Positions 1 to 11,526 of a stretch of DNA of 64,000 nt are shown piece by piece. Positions within the stretch are counted from its first letter, which is position 1, and the number at the start of each line of letters is the position of its first letter. The DNA is from Lingula anatina. Lineage: Eukaryota > Animalia > Brachiopoda. Location: NCBI GenBank assembly GCA_051362555.1, contig CM120643.1:13118644-13182643 (forward strand), read 5' to 3'. A program made the translations under genes and the position numbers. The notes beneath the pieces are model-generated. The model had not been told where the DNA came from, searched no databases, and worked only from the letters and a program-made list of their open reading frames with translations.

Positions 1-311
1 CGTGCAAGAGAAACGGGTTGTACTGTTGTAGGTGGGTTAATTTTCTTTTAAATATCATGCACGCACTAATCCGCCTGCGCGTGTGGAGGCACCCACGTTT
101 TTGCATTATGTGCGTCCGAATGTCTGCAGTAACATGCGAGCGGGTTGAGCGAGTGCGAGTGTGTTGTAGCGTGAGCATGGATGCGTATGCTCTTGTTAAT
201 TAATAGATGTCATGTCAGCACATGTAAAGATGTTGCATACGTATATGTTTATATGAGGGAGTACGAAAAGATTCGAATACATTTTAAGTGTATCTATTTA
301 TTATCTTCCAG

Positions 312-459
312 CACGCGGGGTCCGCTCCCACGCAATGTGCCTTCTGACTGTAAAGTGGTGCCGGCCCCAAACTGTGACTACAACGTGGTGAAAACTAAAG
401 ACGAAAGCAAGGATTGTTATACTGGGCGTCTTTTAGTGACGAAATATCGACATTTCTAG
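312..459 (+). CDS. Last coding exon of beta-microseminoprotein-like gene 1 (upstream exons lie outside the window)
   Basis: Acceptor ttatcttccAG at 310-311 opens a phase-2 exon encoding TRGPLPRNVPSDCKVVPAPNCDYNVVKTKDESKDCYTGRLLVTKYRHF*. The P..C....C..VVK..D..K.C pattern and the intron phase match the last exons of the two downstream paralogues. Confidence 0.8.
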
Positions 460-1497
460 CTCTAACAATGCCTGAGTAGGTCTGCACTTGAGAGCAAGAC
501 TGGTTTTCCAGAGAGTACACGTGCGATCGCAGTTGTTGATTTACTGGAGCAATTAATCAAAGCAAGGGGTGCATTTATACTAAATGAGTCTGGGTAAACA
601 ACATTTAACACCAAAAATTACGTCATAGAATAATTACTTTGTTTTTCCTTACCCGGAAAATTCTATGTCACGGAATATTAATTTTGTTATTTGTTTTTAT
701 CCTCCTTAAAACAAATGGGAACTTAATTTTCATTGGAGCATTGAAGCATTACAGATATTATAATTTTTTGATTACTTTGATTGGCAAACCTCAACACTGG
801 TTCGGTTCTTGTAGACCCCCCCCCGCCCCCGGTAAAAAAAAAAAGGAAGCTACTCCTGGAGTCCCCCTGTACTGCTGGTGACATCCTTAGCAAAGAGGAA
901 GCGTACTTCAAGTTAATAGTAGGCACACAGTTAGGATTCCTATTACTGTTCACTGGATGATGATTTAAAGGGTTTCAATATGCTAAGCTGAACTGTATTG
1001 GATGAAAATGGCCTTTTTAGGCTACTATGCAATATTTCAGGACTTAATGCGATATGCACAATAAATAGTCATTGACATATTTTTCATATTTTTATAGTGT
1101 CATTAAAATTCAGTCAATTCGATTTCATCATTTATTTTTGATTTAATAGTCGACACAGAATGATGTATAAAATAGTACATTGTATCAAATAAAACATCTA
1201 GGTATTATATCTTTCTTGTAATTTATCTTCCTCCTTTATCTTCAAATATTATTCTCTTATATATATATACAGCATGATATATATTTGCTTTATTCATTGT
1301 AACGTATGCATCTACATGGATAGATGAAAATGTACAAAAGGAATGCAAATATAAATAAATATGAATTATGTTAAATAGTGATATTGTACTACTACTTGTG
1401 AGAAAAATACAAAACATATTTGGCAGAGCCCAAATGGCTATATATGAAACAATTTCCACAAAAGAAAGTTCACTGGAAATAATCAGTGAGATATTAA

Positions 1498-1752
1498 AAG
1501 GATAACAACTTCATTTTGTCCAAAAAATGAAATTATCTGGGGTAAACGACAACTTTCCCACCAATGGTTAATGAATCCAGTTCTACATTCAAAGTTAGTC
1601 CTTGTTTTATTTTCTGAAAAGATTGTTTTTTGTTACAGAGAATAGCCATCCGATGTCCGATGACAAGCACAGATTTCAGAATAAAACTATAACTGCCGTT
1701 TTTGTGGTAAAATAGGATATATTATATTTATATGAGCTGAGTTGTTATCCCT
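1498..1752. mobile_element. Kolobok-like MITE (255 bp)
   Basis: TTAA|AAGGATAACAACTTCA ... TGAGTTGTTATCCCT|TTAA: imperfect TIRs with purine termini, flanked by TTAA at 1494-1497 and 1753-1756. Confidence 0.7.
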
Positions 1753-1891
1753 TTAATTTAGGGCATGACTACTCAACAGGTCAGACAACTTTTGTAATTT
1801 CCGTTTTGTAAACTGTGGAACGGCAATAAGCTGTAACGGTAATTATGGTAGATCGTGTTTAATTTCGTCCGGTTGACCCGCCATTCTGGCG

Positions 1892-1897
1892 TATATA
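1892..1897 (+). promoter_or_regulatory. Putative TATA box of MSMB-like gene 2
   Basis: TATATA about 60 nt upstream of ATG 1958. Confidence 0.5.
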
Positions 1898-1957
1898 GGT
1901 GCTGTTCAGAAAACCCGCCCGTGCAGTTCTTGCAGCCAACGACTGATCCACACCAAG

Positions 1958-3101
1958 ATGTCTGTTAAGTCGCTCAGTTTTATTTTCCTTTTCTCTGCCC
2001 TCTGTTGTGTTGTGCATGGTCGTAGGAGATATTTCCCCGGTTACATGTGCGAGGCTACCTCACCCGGAGATATCAACAATAGTAAGAATTTTTTTTATAT
2101 TTCTCAAAATGGAAGCGAATGGAACCGTTTTTTCCTCTTTTGAAAAGCACGAAAATTATGGGGAAAAACAACGCAGAACATTGTACCTGCCTTTTAATAT
2201 TAGGGAAACCACTTTAAGACAAATAGCCCTCCTCAAGTCGTAATTAACGGTTCGGTTCAACCTTGCAGCCCAGAACAATTCAATTCGTGTGTTAACTGTT
2301 AAACCGTTAAAAAAAGTGAGGGCACAATAACATAAATATTCGTACTATTTGAAGTATTTTCTCACTTTTTTGTTTCGCGACTTTTTAGGACATTCTATTA
2401 TCTGAACTTTTTCCACTGAAAATTGAAACGTTTTTTTTTTCAACTGGAGATTTCTGTACCATTTTTGTCTATAGGACGCAATGGTCTCCCTGAAACTTTC
2501 TGCAGAGAGAATGGGATGTTAATGCGCCGAAACAGCGTCTGGTACACACAAGACTGTAAGAAGTGCGAGTGCGGGGAAAACTTTGCAAGTTATACCCAAG
2601 GCTGCTGTGGGTAAGTCCCAGAAGAGGGCAATAATGGGTCAAAATTTAGTAGTCATAGAGAACTGCAAGTTGAAAACAGAGTTTTCTTCTACTTGTTTTT
2701 TTTTTTTTTTTTTTAGATTGTAGGCTAAAGGAAATTTTTTCTAAAATCCATCTGTTTGCCTCATTTTTATGGCGAGTAGGCATATGCTCTTAACAACGAA
2801 GAGCCATTTGTCTTGAGCATTGAGGTACAAGGGCAATAATATACTATACGTGTACAATGAGACTGAAAACACGCGTTATTCTTAGCGTCGCACTTTATTT
2901 TTAAGGTTTGGGTACAGTGAGCCAGGGTCTAGGGGCTGGGGCCGGCCCGCCCCGGACGCCCCTGCAGGTTGCACGACTATCTATCTCAACTGTGACTATT
3001 ACCACGTTAAAAAGGGGTCAGCTGGCGATTACTTGGACTGCGAAACAGGAGACCCTGTCGATTTTACCAAACCGATTCACGTTGAAGTTTTGAATCCTTA
3101 G
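1958..3101 (+). CDS. Beta-microseminoprotein-like secreted protein 2, join(1958..2081,2475..2610,2906..3101), 151 aa
   Basis: Signal peptide MSVKSLSFIFLFSALCCVVHG. GT-AG introns are phase 1 then phase 2. The mature chain has 10 Cys (MC..FC..WYTQDCKKCEC..GCCG..GCT..NCD..DCE), the PSP94/MSMB pattern. AATAAA at 3180-3185. Confidence 0.85.
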
Positions 3102-3272
3102 AAATGGAGCATTTGTAAAAGAAAAGACTTTAGTAGATTACTTATTATTCTCTTTATAGTCACATGAACGTATTCTGGAAATAAAGTTACTTTTAATCTT
3201 TATAACGTGAAACCTGTGTCTATCTTATTACAATATCATACATTTTGCTTGGAAAACAAAACTACCCCCCCC

Positions 3273-3276
<4 letters not shown>

Positions 3277-3320
<44 letters not shown>
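3277..3320. repeat. (CT)n microsatellite
   Basis: Direct reading. Confidence 0.95.
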
Positions 3321-3324
<4 letters not shown>

Positions 3325-3502
3325 CCTTGAGAAAACACAGGTGTAAACAAGCAGATAATCGTGACGGACAAAGCACCTGTGGCGTACATCAAAGCACCAT
3401 CTTGGCGTACATCACACCACGTGACAGTGAACCACAGACGTCTCGACTGAACGACTGCAATTCTGTTGTTACTTCTTGATTAACTGCGCAGCGAAAGTCA
3501 AC

Positions 3503-3898
3503 ATGAACTCCACGTTTTGTTTACTGGCAGGAACAATTTTGGCGATATTGACGTACTATGGCGCTCAGGGATATTGCATGGCAGGCATGTCGAAGCAAGA
3601 GGTCAAAGGTACTAAGAATGAGGTATTCTCTGTGGGCATACATATATAAACGTCGGATACATTTTATCTTCAAAATACATGTTCGAATGAAATCCATGAC
3701 TACTAGGACAATCTAGATAGTAATATAAGACCAAAAAATAGTTTAAGGTGTTTCTGCGTAGGTAAATATATCAGTAAATAATAATAATTTTATCTTCTAA
3801 AGGGGCAGATCAGGCGTGAAGAGTTTGCAAGTTATTGATAATTTGATTATACTGAGGTGAAATAAAGACTAAAAAAAACCAATGTCATAAAATTTTAA

Positions 3899-3941
<43 letters not shown>

Positions 3942-5803
3942 TTGGTTTACTGAAAGCCATCTAGAGCATCAGAGGATACTGCAGACTCACTAGTCTCAGC
4001 TATCATACTGTACACGCCAGTGGCATATATTGGTGGTAAAGAGGTGAGTTCCTAATCACCGCTGAACATCAGTGTGTTACTGGAAACGGCAAAAACATGC
4101 TGATTGGACAATTGTACAAGTAGTAGAGAAGTGAGTTTCCAGTGACCCAAAAAATTCACGGTGGCTTAAGCCATCTCAACCAATAGTTATGATGGTGATA
4201 ACAAATGTTAAAAAAGAAAAAAGAAAAACGAGAACAATATGATTACCATGGAGTGTAACATGATCATGCTTTTCCAGAAACCGATGACGGAAAACTGGAT
4301 GTAGTGACCTATTGCGAACACAAAGGAATCAGGATAGAAGTCAACACTACCAAAGAAACAGATGACTGTTTTCGTTGCACTTGTAGCCAGAGGTATATGT
4401 CCTGCTGCGGGTAAGCGATAATTGGTGATATGATTTTTATGTACAGAAACAGTGTGTATGTATATATCACTATCACCCGTGTCTGTCGTCGTCTGCACCG
4501 TCGCTGTGCACAATTCACTGTTAACGCCATTTATGGAAAACCGTGAGAATTCTTATCTGCATACTTACTGGGGTGATTTATTGCACTAAAATACAGGTCA
4601 AGTTCTAATGACATTGTGTCTGTACCTTTAAAAGTTTTGCTGCCTTGTTCTATTTTTTTTTACGTTGATTAACATCTAATTTGACCTGTAAACACGCAGT
4701 TAAAGCCAGACAAGTTCTAAAATGAATTTTGGAATAAGTATATTTTAAAGCACAATTCTTTTAATTTGATCGGTACTTTTGTTTTAATCTTATATCAAGA
4801 AAAGTTTGCTACTGCCATAGGTTATTGAAAGCATGTTAAATGAGGATACGCATGGGTGTTGATAGATGTATAAGCAGGGGCTGATCCAGGATTATCTGAA
4901 GGGGGGGTCCGGACCGACAGGCCTCGGATGCGAAGCCGACCATCACCCCCTTGGTGTGGGCTTTGGGGCCTGCTCAACGGCCCCGACAAAAATGATGTTT
5001 TGGAGAGCAAACAGTGCCCTTTGGTACGGTTTAGAACTATGATTTAGCTGGTCAAAATTCTAATTTCAATTTGGGAATATTTGTGTGATATGTTTTTCAG
5101 CAACCGAAGGGCCTAAGAACCCCCTGACACCCCCTCAAAATCCGCCTGTATAAGGAACTTTTTTTTTCTTTGGTTTAGAACAAATTCCATTGAATTTCTT
5201 TGACGACGTCACGTCATCGACAAGTCCCTTATACTTACTTATTGCTCACCAACATCGAGTTTTAAACATTACTATCTGCACATGTAAGACGTTTAAAGAA
5301 CCTCCTCTTTTACCTGGTCAGAGACAAGACAATGTCATGTGTATACCTACTTTCTTCTCGTCAAATGAGGCTTTGGAAATGGGCAATTATTTCATAATTC
5401 AAACGTAAATGCAGGGTATTCATGAAGGACAAGTTGTCTCTTTGATTTTATTTCATAATATGTAGCATATTTGTGATACAAATTATTGTACAAGTGAAGG
5501 GTCTATGGCTAACTCATTCTGGATGGCCCCTATAATGCAAACTATTAAACGTTCAGGCCAAGCATGAGCCCAGAGAGTGTTATACCTGGGGTAACATCAA
5601 CAGAAAATACTTAGGACAACACTGAGTCTTGTTCATCGTCTAGTTTTATTTTTTCTCCTAGTTATGGTATACATGCTGGGGTGATAATGCCTGCTGCCGG
5701 CTGTAAGATTGTCACCGGTGCTGACGGTTGCAAGCCTCTACACGTCAAAGTCGACGACGAGACCAAGGACTGCTTCAGTGGGGAGAGTGTGATTGGGAAA
5801 TAA
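3503..5803 (+). CDS. Beta-microseminoprotein-like secreted protein 3, join(3503..3608,4278..4410,5662..5803), 126 aa
   Basis: Spliced translation: MNSTFCLLAGTILAILTYYGAQG-YCMAGMSKQEVKETDDGKLDVVTYCEHKGIRIEVNTTKETDDCFRCTCSQRYMSCCGYGIHAGVIMPAAGCKIVTGADGCKPLHVKVDDETKDCFSGESVIGK*. It has 10 mature Cys and the same intron phases (1,2) and CCG|gtaag junction as gene 2. Absent from the ORF track. Confidence 0.87.
3901..3940. repeat. (CA)n microsatellite
   Basis: Direct reading. Confidence 0.95.
4875..5148. mobile_element. CAGG-terminated MITE (hAT-like) in intron 2 of MSMB-like gene 3
   Basis: Starts CAGGGGCTGATCC and ends ATCCGCCTG. Flanking direct repeat (TG)TATAAG at 4867-4874 and 5147-5154. GC-rich island in an AT-rich intron. 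Confidence 0.65.
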
Positions 5804-6247
5804 ACAGCTGACTGAAAAGATTTGGCCTACAAGATAACATGCACAAGAAAATAACTTAAGAATATCATTGTTGCAGAAAAAATAATTTAAGTTTGTGCTA
5901 CAAGGATTTCCTTTTTGGTTAGTAAAATTGTGTTTTCTGATTTTTCATTTTTGTTTTCTTTGTCCGTATACGATCAAACTTCTTACGCATACTACTTCCA
6001 TCAATTGAGCTTCAGATTCGATGCGTGCCGGCTTTATTTCCACGCACGCTTACAGGTACTTAAAAGCGTCAACCGCCACCAAAATTTTCACTTAAGTTCA
6101 CTGCACAAATGTTTATTCTGTAATCCGCGTTTCCATGCGATATATCTCGGCTGTAGCCCACACTTCTATGAGAAATAGCCCTAGGTCAAAACAGGATCGG
6201 CTGAAGTTGCTAGTCTTTGAATTGTGAATTTTAGCAGCTGTCGGTGT

Positions 6248-6460
6248 TAAGAAGCTAGGGGTCCGTGTAACAGAGATAGATATTCACAGATTCAGATTTG
6301 ACCGAAACGTCCGCGAAATTTAAGGTCTGTGTAGCAGAGAGTCCGCCCTCCATTAGATTCAGGCAGGTTAGGGTTAGCGTGACGTCAGTGGATCCAAAAT
6401 GTAGGGCGGGGCCATCACCAGCATAGATCAATGGGAGCAGGACCCTGTATCACAACAGAC
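6248..6460 (+). repeat. Dispersed repeat family A, copy 1
   Basis: AAGAA..GTCCGTGTAACAGAGA..CCGCCCTCCATTAGATTC..GTGACGTCA..GGACCC is shared with 40229-40350 and 55723-55863. Confidence 0.7.
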
Positions 6461-6885
6461 TTTTTAGTATATGACATCGTGTCAACAGGATCTCATTTTC
6501 CATATTTCAATTTCCCATTTCAAAGGTTTTGATTGGAGTCGGAAACGAAGCAGTTGATATGACGGCGTGTGAGTCAAGGCTTTAAAATGAACCACTTTCG
6601 GGAGAGGGCACTTAATATTCAGGTTAAAAAACATCGACTGAAACTTTTAAACAAAAAACCTTTTGGTCTTTACTCATGGAACTAGGTGCTAAAATGACCC
6701 CCCCCCCCCCAAACACACACACTTTTCTCTATTTAATTTCACTATAGTCACTTATTATGCGTGCCACTATACTCAAGAAAATACTGAGGGAATACTAAGC
6801 TCGGGGTCTGCCACCAGGAAGTAATGGTTAAAACAAAACTTAACTAATGAGGACCAAAGCGCCTTTATCTGGGGGCTTTATGCTG

Positions 6886-6886
<1 letters not shown>

Positions 6887-6924
<38 letters not shown>

Positions 6925-6940
6925 AAAAATAAATAAATAA
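6887..6940. repeat. (AAAT)n microsatellite
   Basis: Direct reading; a second array lies at about 9816-9853. Confidence 0.95.
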
Positions 6941-7308
6941 TACCACATCAAGGCAGAGCAGTGCTGACTGTGTTTGATAAGTACGGAAAGAGACCATTGA
7001 CTTCTACCAGATTATGCCGAGACATGTGACAATTTTAATTTTAATTATTAAAATAGACCTAAATTGGGGCCAGCTTGGTTGGTACTCCGTGTTAACATGT
7101 GACTGTGTCCAGTACCGTTTTAACTTCAAGTTCTTTTGTTTCACGGTACGATTGCAATTAAATAGCTGGATCATGTCGTTGAACGAGATATATACGCATA
7201 TAAATAACGTCTGTAGTGAAAACGATGATGGATGCGGCTTGACCTGTTTGGCAAACTGCCAACAGTCTTGATTTTAAACAGATTTGTTGTACCCCATTGT
7301 ATTATATT

Positions 7309-7477
7309 CAGGGACGGATTGAGGCCGTCTTTTGAGTCTTCCAGAAGACGGTCAGATTTTCAAATTTACATTGATGGGTATCTAATTTTTCTCTATCGGA
7401 AGACGGTCAAAAATGGAGGATGGTTCAACAAGGATAATTTGGAAGACTGTCAGAAAATATCTCTGGATCGGCCCCTG
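7309..7477. mobile_element. Small MITE, family B copy 1
   Basis: CAGGGACGGAT...ATCGGCCCCTG termini flanked by ATATT on both sides. The 3' ~135 bp is closely matched at 16332-16469. Confidence 0.7.
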
Positions 7478-9812
7478 ATATTCGTACATGCAAACCCCTA
7501 CTGCAACCCAATTGGACTGCAGTATTACAGCTGCCACAAAGATCTTGATGTATTTCATGCAGATTTTTGTGAATATAAAATTGCAGGTTTTTGCAAATGC
7601 CCGGCGTTCGTTGCTAGTTAAAACTCTAAATAAAGGGGGATTCCTTGGTCACTACTATGTTTTGTTTGTTCGTAGATGAGTTTAGCCAATTTGTGATGGG
7701 TTGTATCAGAGAAGACAGGGAATAATACTACATTCTGAGTAGTCCGTTGATTGTGCAGAGCACCGCTAACACACTCAAAGCCAAGCCAGTGGAACTTTAT
7801 TACTTCATGTAGAAACTAAGTAAATTACTTACGGAATTTTTTATATTTTATGAAAAAGTATGAGTTAAGCTTTTTCTAGAGGAAGTACAGTACAAACTGA
7901 TATTCTATATCAAATTTACCCGTGGGCTTCAAATTATGTCGGTTGTTCTTATTTACAGTCATGCTTTCTTTTCAGTTTTATTTATTTATTTATTTTTAGT
8001 TAATGCAGTTGTGATATAATGATTTTGGTTGAATGTTTATTTATCTATTTCTATTTATTACTCGAATTAGGCAAACCACTGAATTGTAGCAGTGTACTGG
8101 AAAAATAAACTGTCGTCTCTTCGGAACTTGCACTTACATTTTATGCATTTGTTGTCTTTAAACGATACATTCCTTCACGAATCAGTAAGTAAGCTAAATA
8201 ACAGCAAATATTTTGATTTTGAATAGGAAAAAATACAAAAATCATTCCTGTGTTGATTTGTGCACTATTTTATTTTATACATTCTTGCAATATGATTAGA
8301 TGGTTTGTTAATACTGCTAGGGATCTATTCTTTTCCTTTTTATAATGTTCCCTTTACACAACATCCTAAAATGCTCATCGAAAAGTTTGAAACCGGAGAA
8401 CAGCGTATTCGCCACTGCGTCAGGTTGAACCCACACCTGCGCGTGCCCCATCCATCATATATCCAACTCTCCTCTTTACAAAGGGTTGTTTACAGGTTAT
8501 AGTATTCAGGCTTTTTTTCTGAATATATACAATATGAAAAACTGTTAAATAATTTGAATAATGACCAACTGAGAGATATCATCCTTCTGTTGAGCGTGCA
8601 GCAATAATGCGCTGATTTAGAAGGAAGTATTTTATCATCTCAATTTTATCTATCTTGTATTTCGCCTGCTAATTTTCGAGGATTATAGGTTTTCGGTAAG
8701 GTCCATGAATAAAGCAAGTTTCTTGAATATGTCATCGTTGGGAGAAGAATTTATTTCAAGTAAACCAAGCGTGTTAAAACATAACAAAATTGACTTTCTT
8801 GCGCTAGGCCTGTCACACTTCCACACTCCTGAAGAATATTGCGGATTAAACCCCAGTCCCTCCACAAAAAAGTTAGACAAGGTTGATCTAAAATCCAGAT
8901 ATATTTTCATAACGCCCAAACTGCACCCGGTTTCCATCATTTCGCCGTAGGGGGATTTTGTGGCAGCCCTTTTTGACAATCTGGTCCTCCCCTTCCTCCC
9001 CTCCCCTCCCCCTCCCCCCCCCCCCCCCCCCCCCCCCCACCGAAGTAAGAAATTAATCTAGAGTTGAAAACTTTGCACTATTACCTTTAACGCATTCTAT
9101 TTTTGAATCTGAACAATATATTGAGCATTTTTTTAAAAAGGAAGGAGAGTAATTTGAAGAAAGTCACATGCGTATGATGCTCTACACGTAATTGATATGT
9201 GTAAGAATTTAGTATGCATTAAAATGTATGGGTTTCGGGAAGAATTTTTTTCAATACAGTAAGCAGCAGTTCCTTTTAATAATCAGCGGAACAAAACATA
9301 AAGAAAAAAAAACACTGCATTGAAAACAAATGATATCTGTTTATTTCATCAAAAGCATTGGTTACATGCCCTTGGTATTGTGTTAGCATTTGGTGGTTAC
9401 AAAATGTACAAATGATACTTTTCTCTCTGTCGCTAGGACCTCAGGCGTCAGGAGATACAAAATGCGAAAATGTCAAATTTTCGTGTCAACACTTGGTTGG
9501 TCTTTTTCTGTTTTCCAGTCTTTTGTTCACTTCTATGTACGTTATTTAAAGCTTATGCGGTGTCCACAAATGGATGATGATATCAATGACAGCATCATAT
9601 TCATAAGATGCTATTTTTCCCCCAGTTGGGATTAAAGCGATACCTTTTGTGCGATTCTCTGGTTGAAGACAAACAGTGAAAGCTGAAATAAAAAACAAGA
9701 CAAGCATTACCAAAAGTTGAAGTCAGTTGCACGCATTATTCAAATACGCATTATACAAACGTAAAATGGACGATTCTTCTATTTTGTAAAAGTGTTAAAA
9801 TCTTTAGCTCAC

Positions 9813-9852
<40 letters not shown>

Positions 9853-10583
9853 ATGCATTTTCTAAGTGTTGAACATACACACTTTTCTTAATTGCAAAAT
9901 AAATCAGGCTTCATTGTGCATTTTTTCTACCATCTAGGCACTACCAAATTGTATTGTAATTGAGGAAGGAGTACTCTAGCTTATTTGCCTAATTATTTCA
10001 CGCCTCGTGATTCTATACCCAATTAACAAACCGATATAGCGTGTGAAAAAGATACGCGTCGGTGGTCTGCATTTGGCTTTCAAATGTCCGTTTAGCATTC
10101 TTATCTCTGCGTATAAACCACTATGGGCACCAGTGGTTAAATTATATGATTGAATCGAAGTTAAAATCTTGATTTTACTGTTTCGTGAAATACGATTTTT
10201 ATTGTTTTGTAAGAGAGAAAAGCCCGTCAGCAATGCAACTGATGTTGATTTGCCCTTTTTGTTTATGCTTTAAATCATTGCAAGCAACGTTGTTTCAGTA
10301 TATTGGTTCAGAGATTTTGCAAACGCCAACTTAATATGTCAAATTATTATCAGGATTATTCTTTTAAATGCAGATCGCAAATCCATCCTGTGAAGAATAT
10401 AACCAGACAATTTTTGATGCTGATGCATGATGTTTCAAACAATGCCAGATTGCATTTTTTAAACATTGTAATGTGATCGAAAGGGAAAAGTGACTTAACG
10501 GATTTCAGACATATCGTAGTCACAGAGGTAAAGTTTGGTCTAAACAAAGCACGGAGCACCTAATAAAGGAAACCTACCTTTAT

Positions 10584-11441
10584 TTAAACCTTTTTGGCAG
10601 TGCCAACAGTACCAAGGGTGCCGACAGAGCCATAACCGCCATTAACAACGCCTCCATATCCGCCATCAACCACTCCAACTGTGCCGTAGCCACCGGCGTT
10701 CTTCACAACGCCAGCGGTGCCATATCCGCCATCGACGTATCCACCGTTGATAACACCAGATGTGCCGTAGCCACCGTCGACGTAGCCTCCTGAGGAGCCG
10801 TAGCCAACGCCGAGGTCTTTAACGCCGCCAACACCGTAACCGACACCACCGTAACCGGCAGCGCCGTAACCAGCACCAAGGGTGCCGTAACCAGCTCCCA
10901 GACCGGCACCGTATCCGGCAGGTCCCAAACCAAAGCTCATTCTGTTGCCGATGAAACCTCTCATGAAGTCGAAACCGTTGCCGAAACCATATCCGCCGTA
11001 GCCAGTGCCGTATCCACCGCCATAACCGCCGAGTCCGCTGTAGCCGCCGCCGTAGCCGCCGCCGTAGCCGCCGTAGCCGCCGTAGCCGCCGCCGTAACCG
11101 CCGCCAACACCACCATACCCAGTGCCGTAGCCACCGCCATAACCGCCGTATGGACCAGCGCCAATAACGGTCTGTTGAAGGTGGTATCCTCTGACAGGGA
11201 CATTGACGGTGTTCTGAACGAGCCTGTGACCGTGAACTGGGACGACGTCCACCCTGGGGACGTACCTTACCACCTGCTTGTAGTTGACAGTCGGAACTTT
11301 CTTGGTGACAACAGCCTTCTTGTAGGTGACAAATGGCTTGACACTGGTTGACACCTTTGGCTTGGTGGGGGCAACAGGTTTTGTGACCACTGTGGCCGAC
11401 GCCACCGTGGCCAAGGCCAATAGAGCGACTGCAACTTTCAT
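10584..11441 (-). CDS. Secreted Gly/Tyr-rich structural protein (shematrin/prisilkin-like composition), 285 aa
   Basis: The start is probably ATG 11441 (MKVAVALLALATVASA signal peptide). A basic V/P/K/T-rich region is followed by GGY(G) repeats and GGYVDGGYGTxGVV repeats, ending in AKKV. Coding-like GC content, with TATAAAA upstream. Confidence 0.9.
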   Translation of the reverse strand: MKVAVALLALATVASATVVTKPVAPTKPKVSTSVKPFVTYKKAVVTKKVPTVNYKQVVRYVPRVDVVPVHGHRLVQNTVNVPVRGYHLQQTVIGAGPYGGYGGGYGTGYGGVGGGYGGGYGGYGGYGGGYGGGYSGLGGYGGGYGTGYGGYGFGNGFDFMRGFIGNRMSFGLGPAGYGAGLGAGYGTLGAGYGAAGYGGVGYGVGGVKDLGVGYGSSGGYVDGGYGTSGVINGGYVDGGYGTAGVVKNAGGYGTVGVVDGGYGGVVNGGYGSVGTLGTVGTAKKV

Positions 11442-11519
11442 GATGATGTCGAATGGTAAGTCAAATGTCCTCAGAGATGTCCAGAAACGACACTGGCCAT
11501 CCAACCGATGCCCTGGTCA

Positions 11520-11526
11520 TTTTATA
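11520..11526 (-). promoter_or_regulatory. TATA box of the Gly/Tyr-rich gene
   Basis: Plus-strand TTTTATA reads TATAAAA on the minus strand, about 80 nt upstream of ATG 11441. Confidence 0.65.

Noticed and set aside
2908-3093. ORF-track peptide MGTVSQGL...
   Set aside because: Wrong frame; the real exon is read in the frame giving FGYSEPG...LNP.
5662-5803. Alternative last exon of MSMB-like gene 2 (phase-compatible)
   Set aside because: It has its own signal-peptide exon (3503) and middle exon (4278), so a separate gene is the simpler explanation.
7232-7621. 129-aa ORF similar to ORF 16296..16556, looking like paralogous genes
   Set aside because: The similarity is confined to a shared non-coding MITE, and there are no protein hallmarks.
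11442-11504. N-terminal extension MDGQCRFW... of the 306-aa ORF
   Set aside because: Non-ATG start only about 15 nt from the TATA box; the signal peptide begins at ATG 11441.
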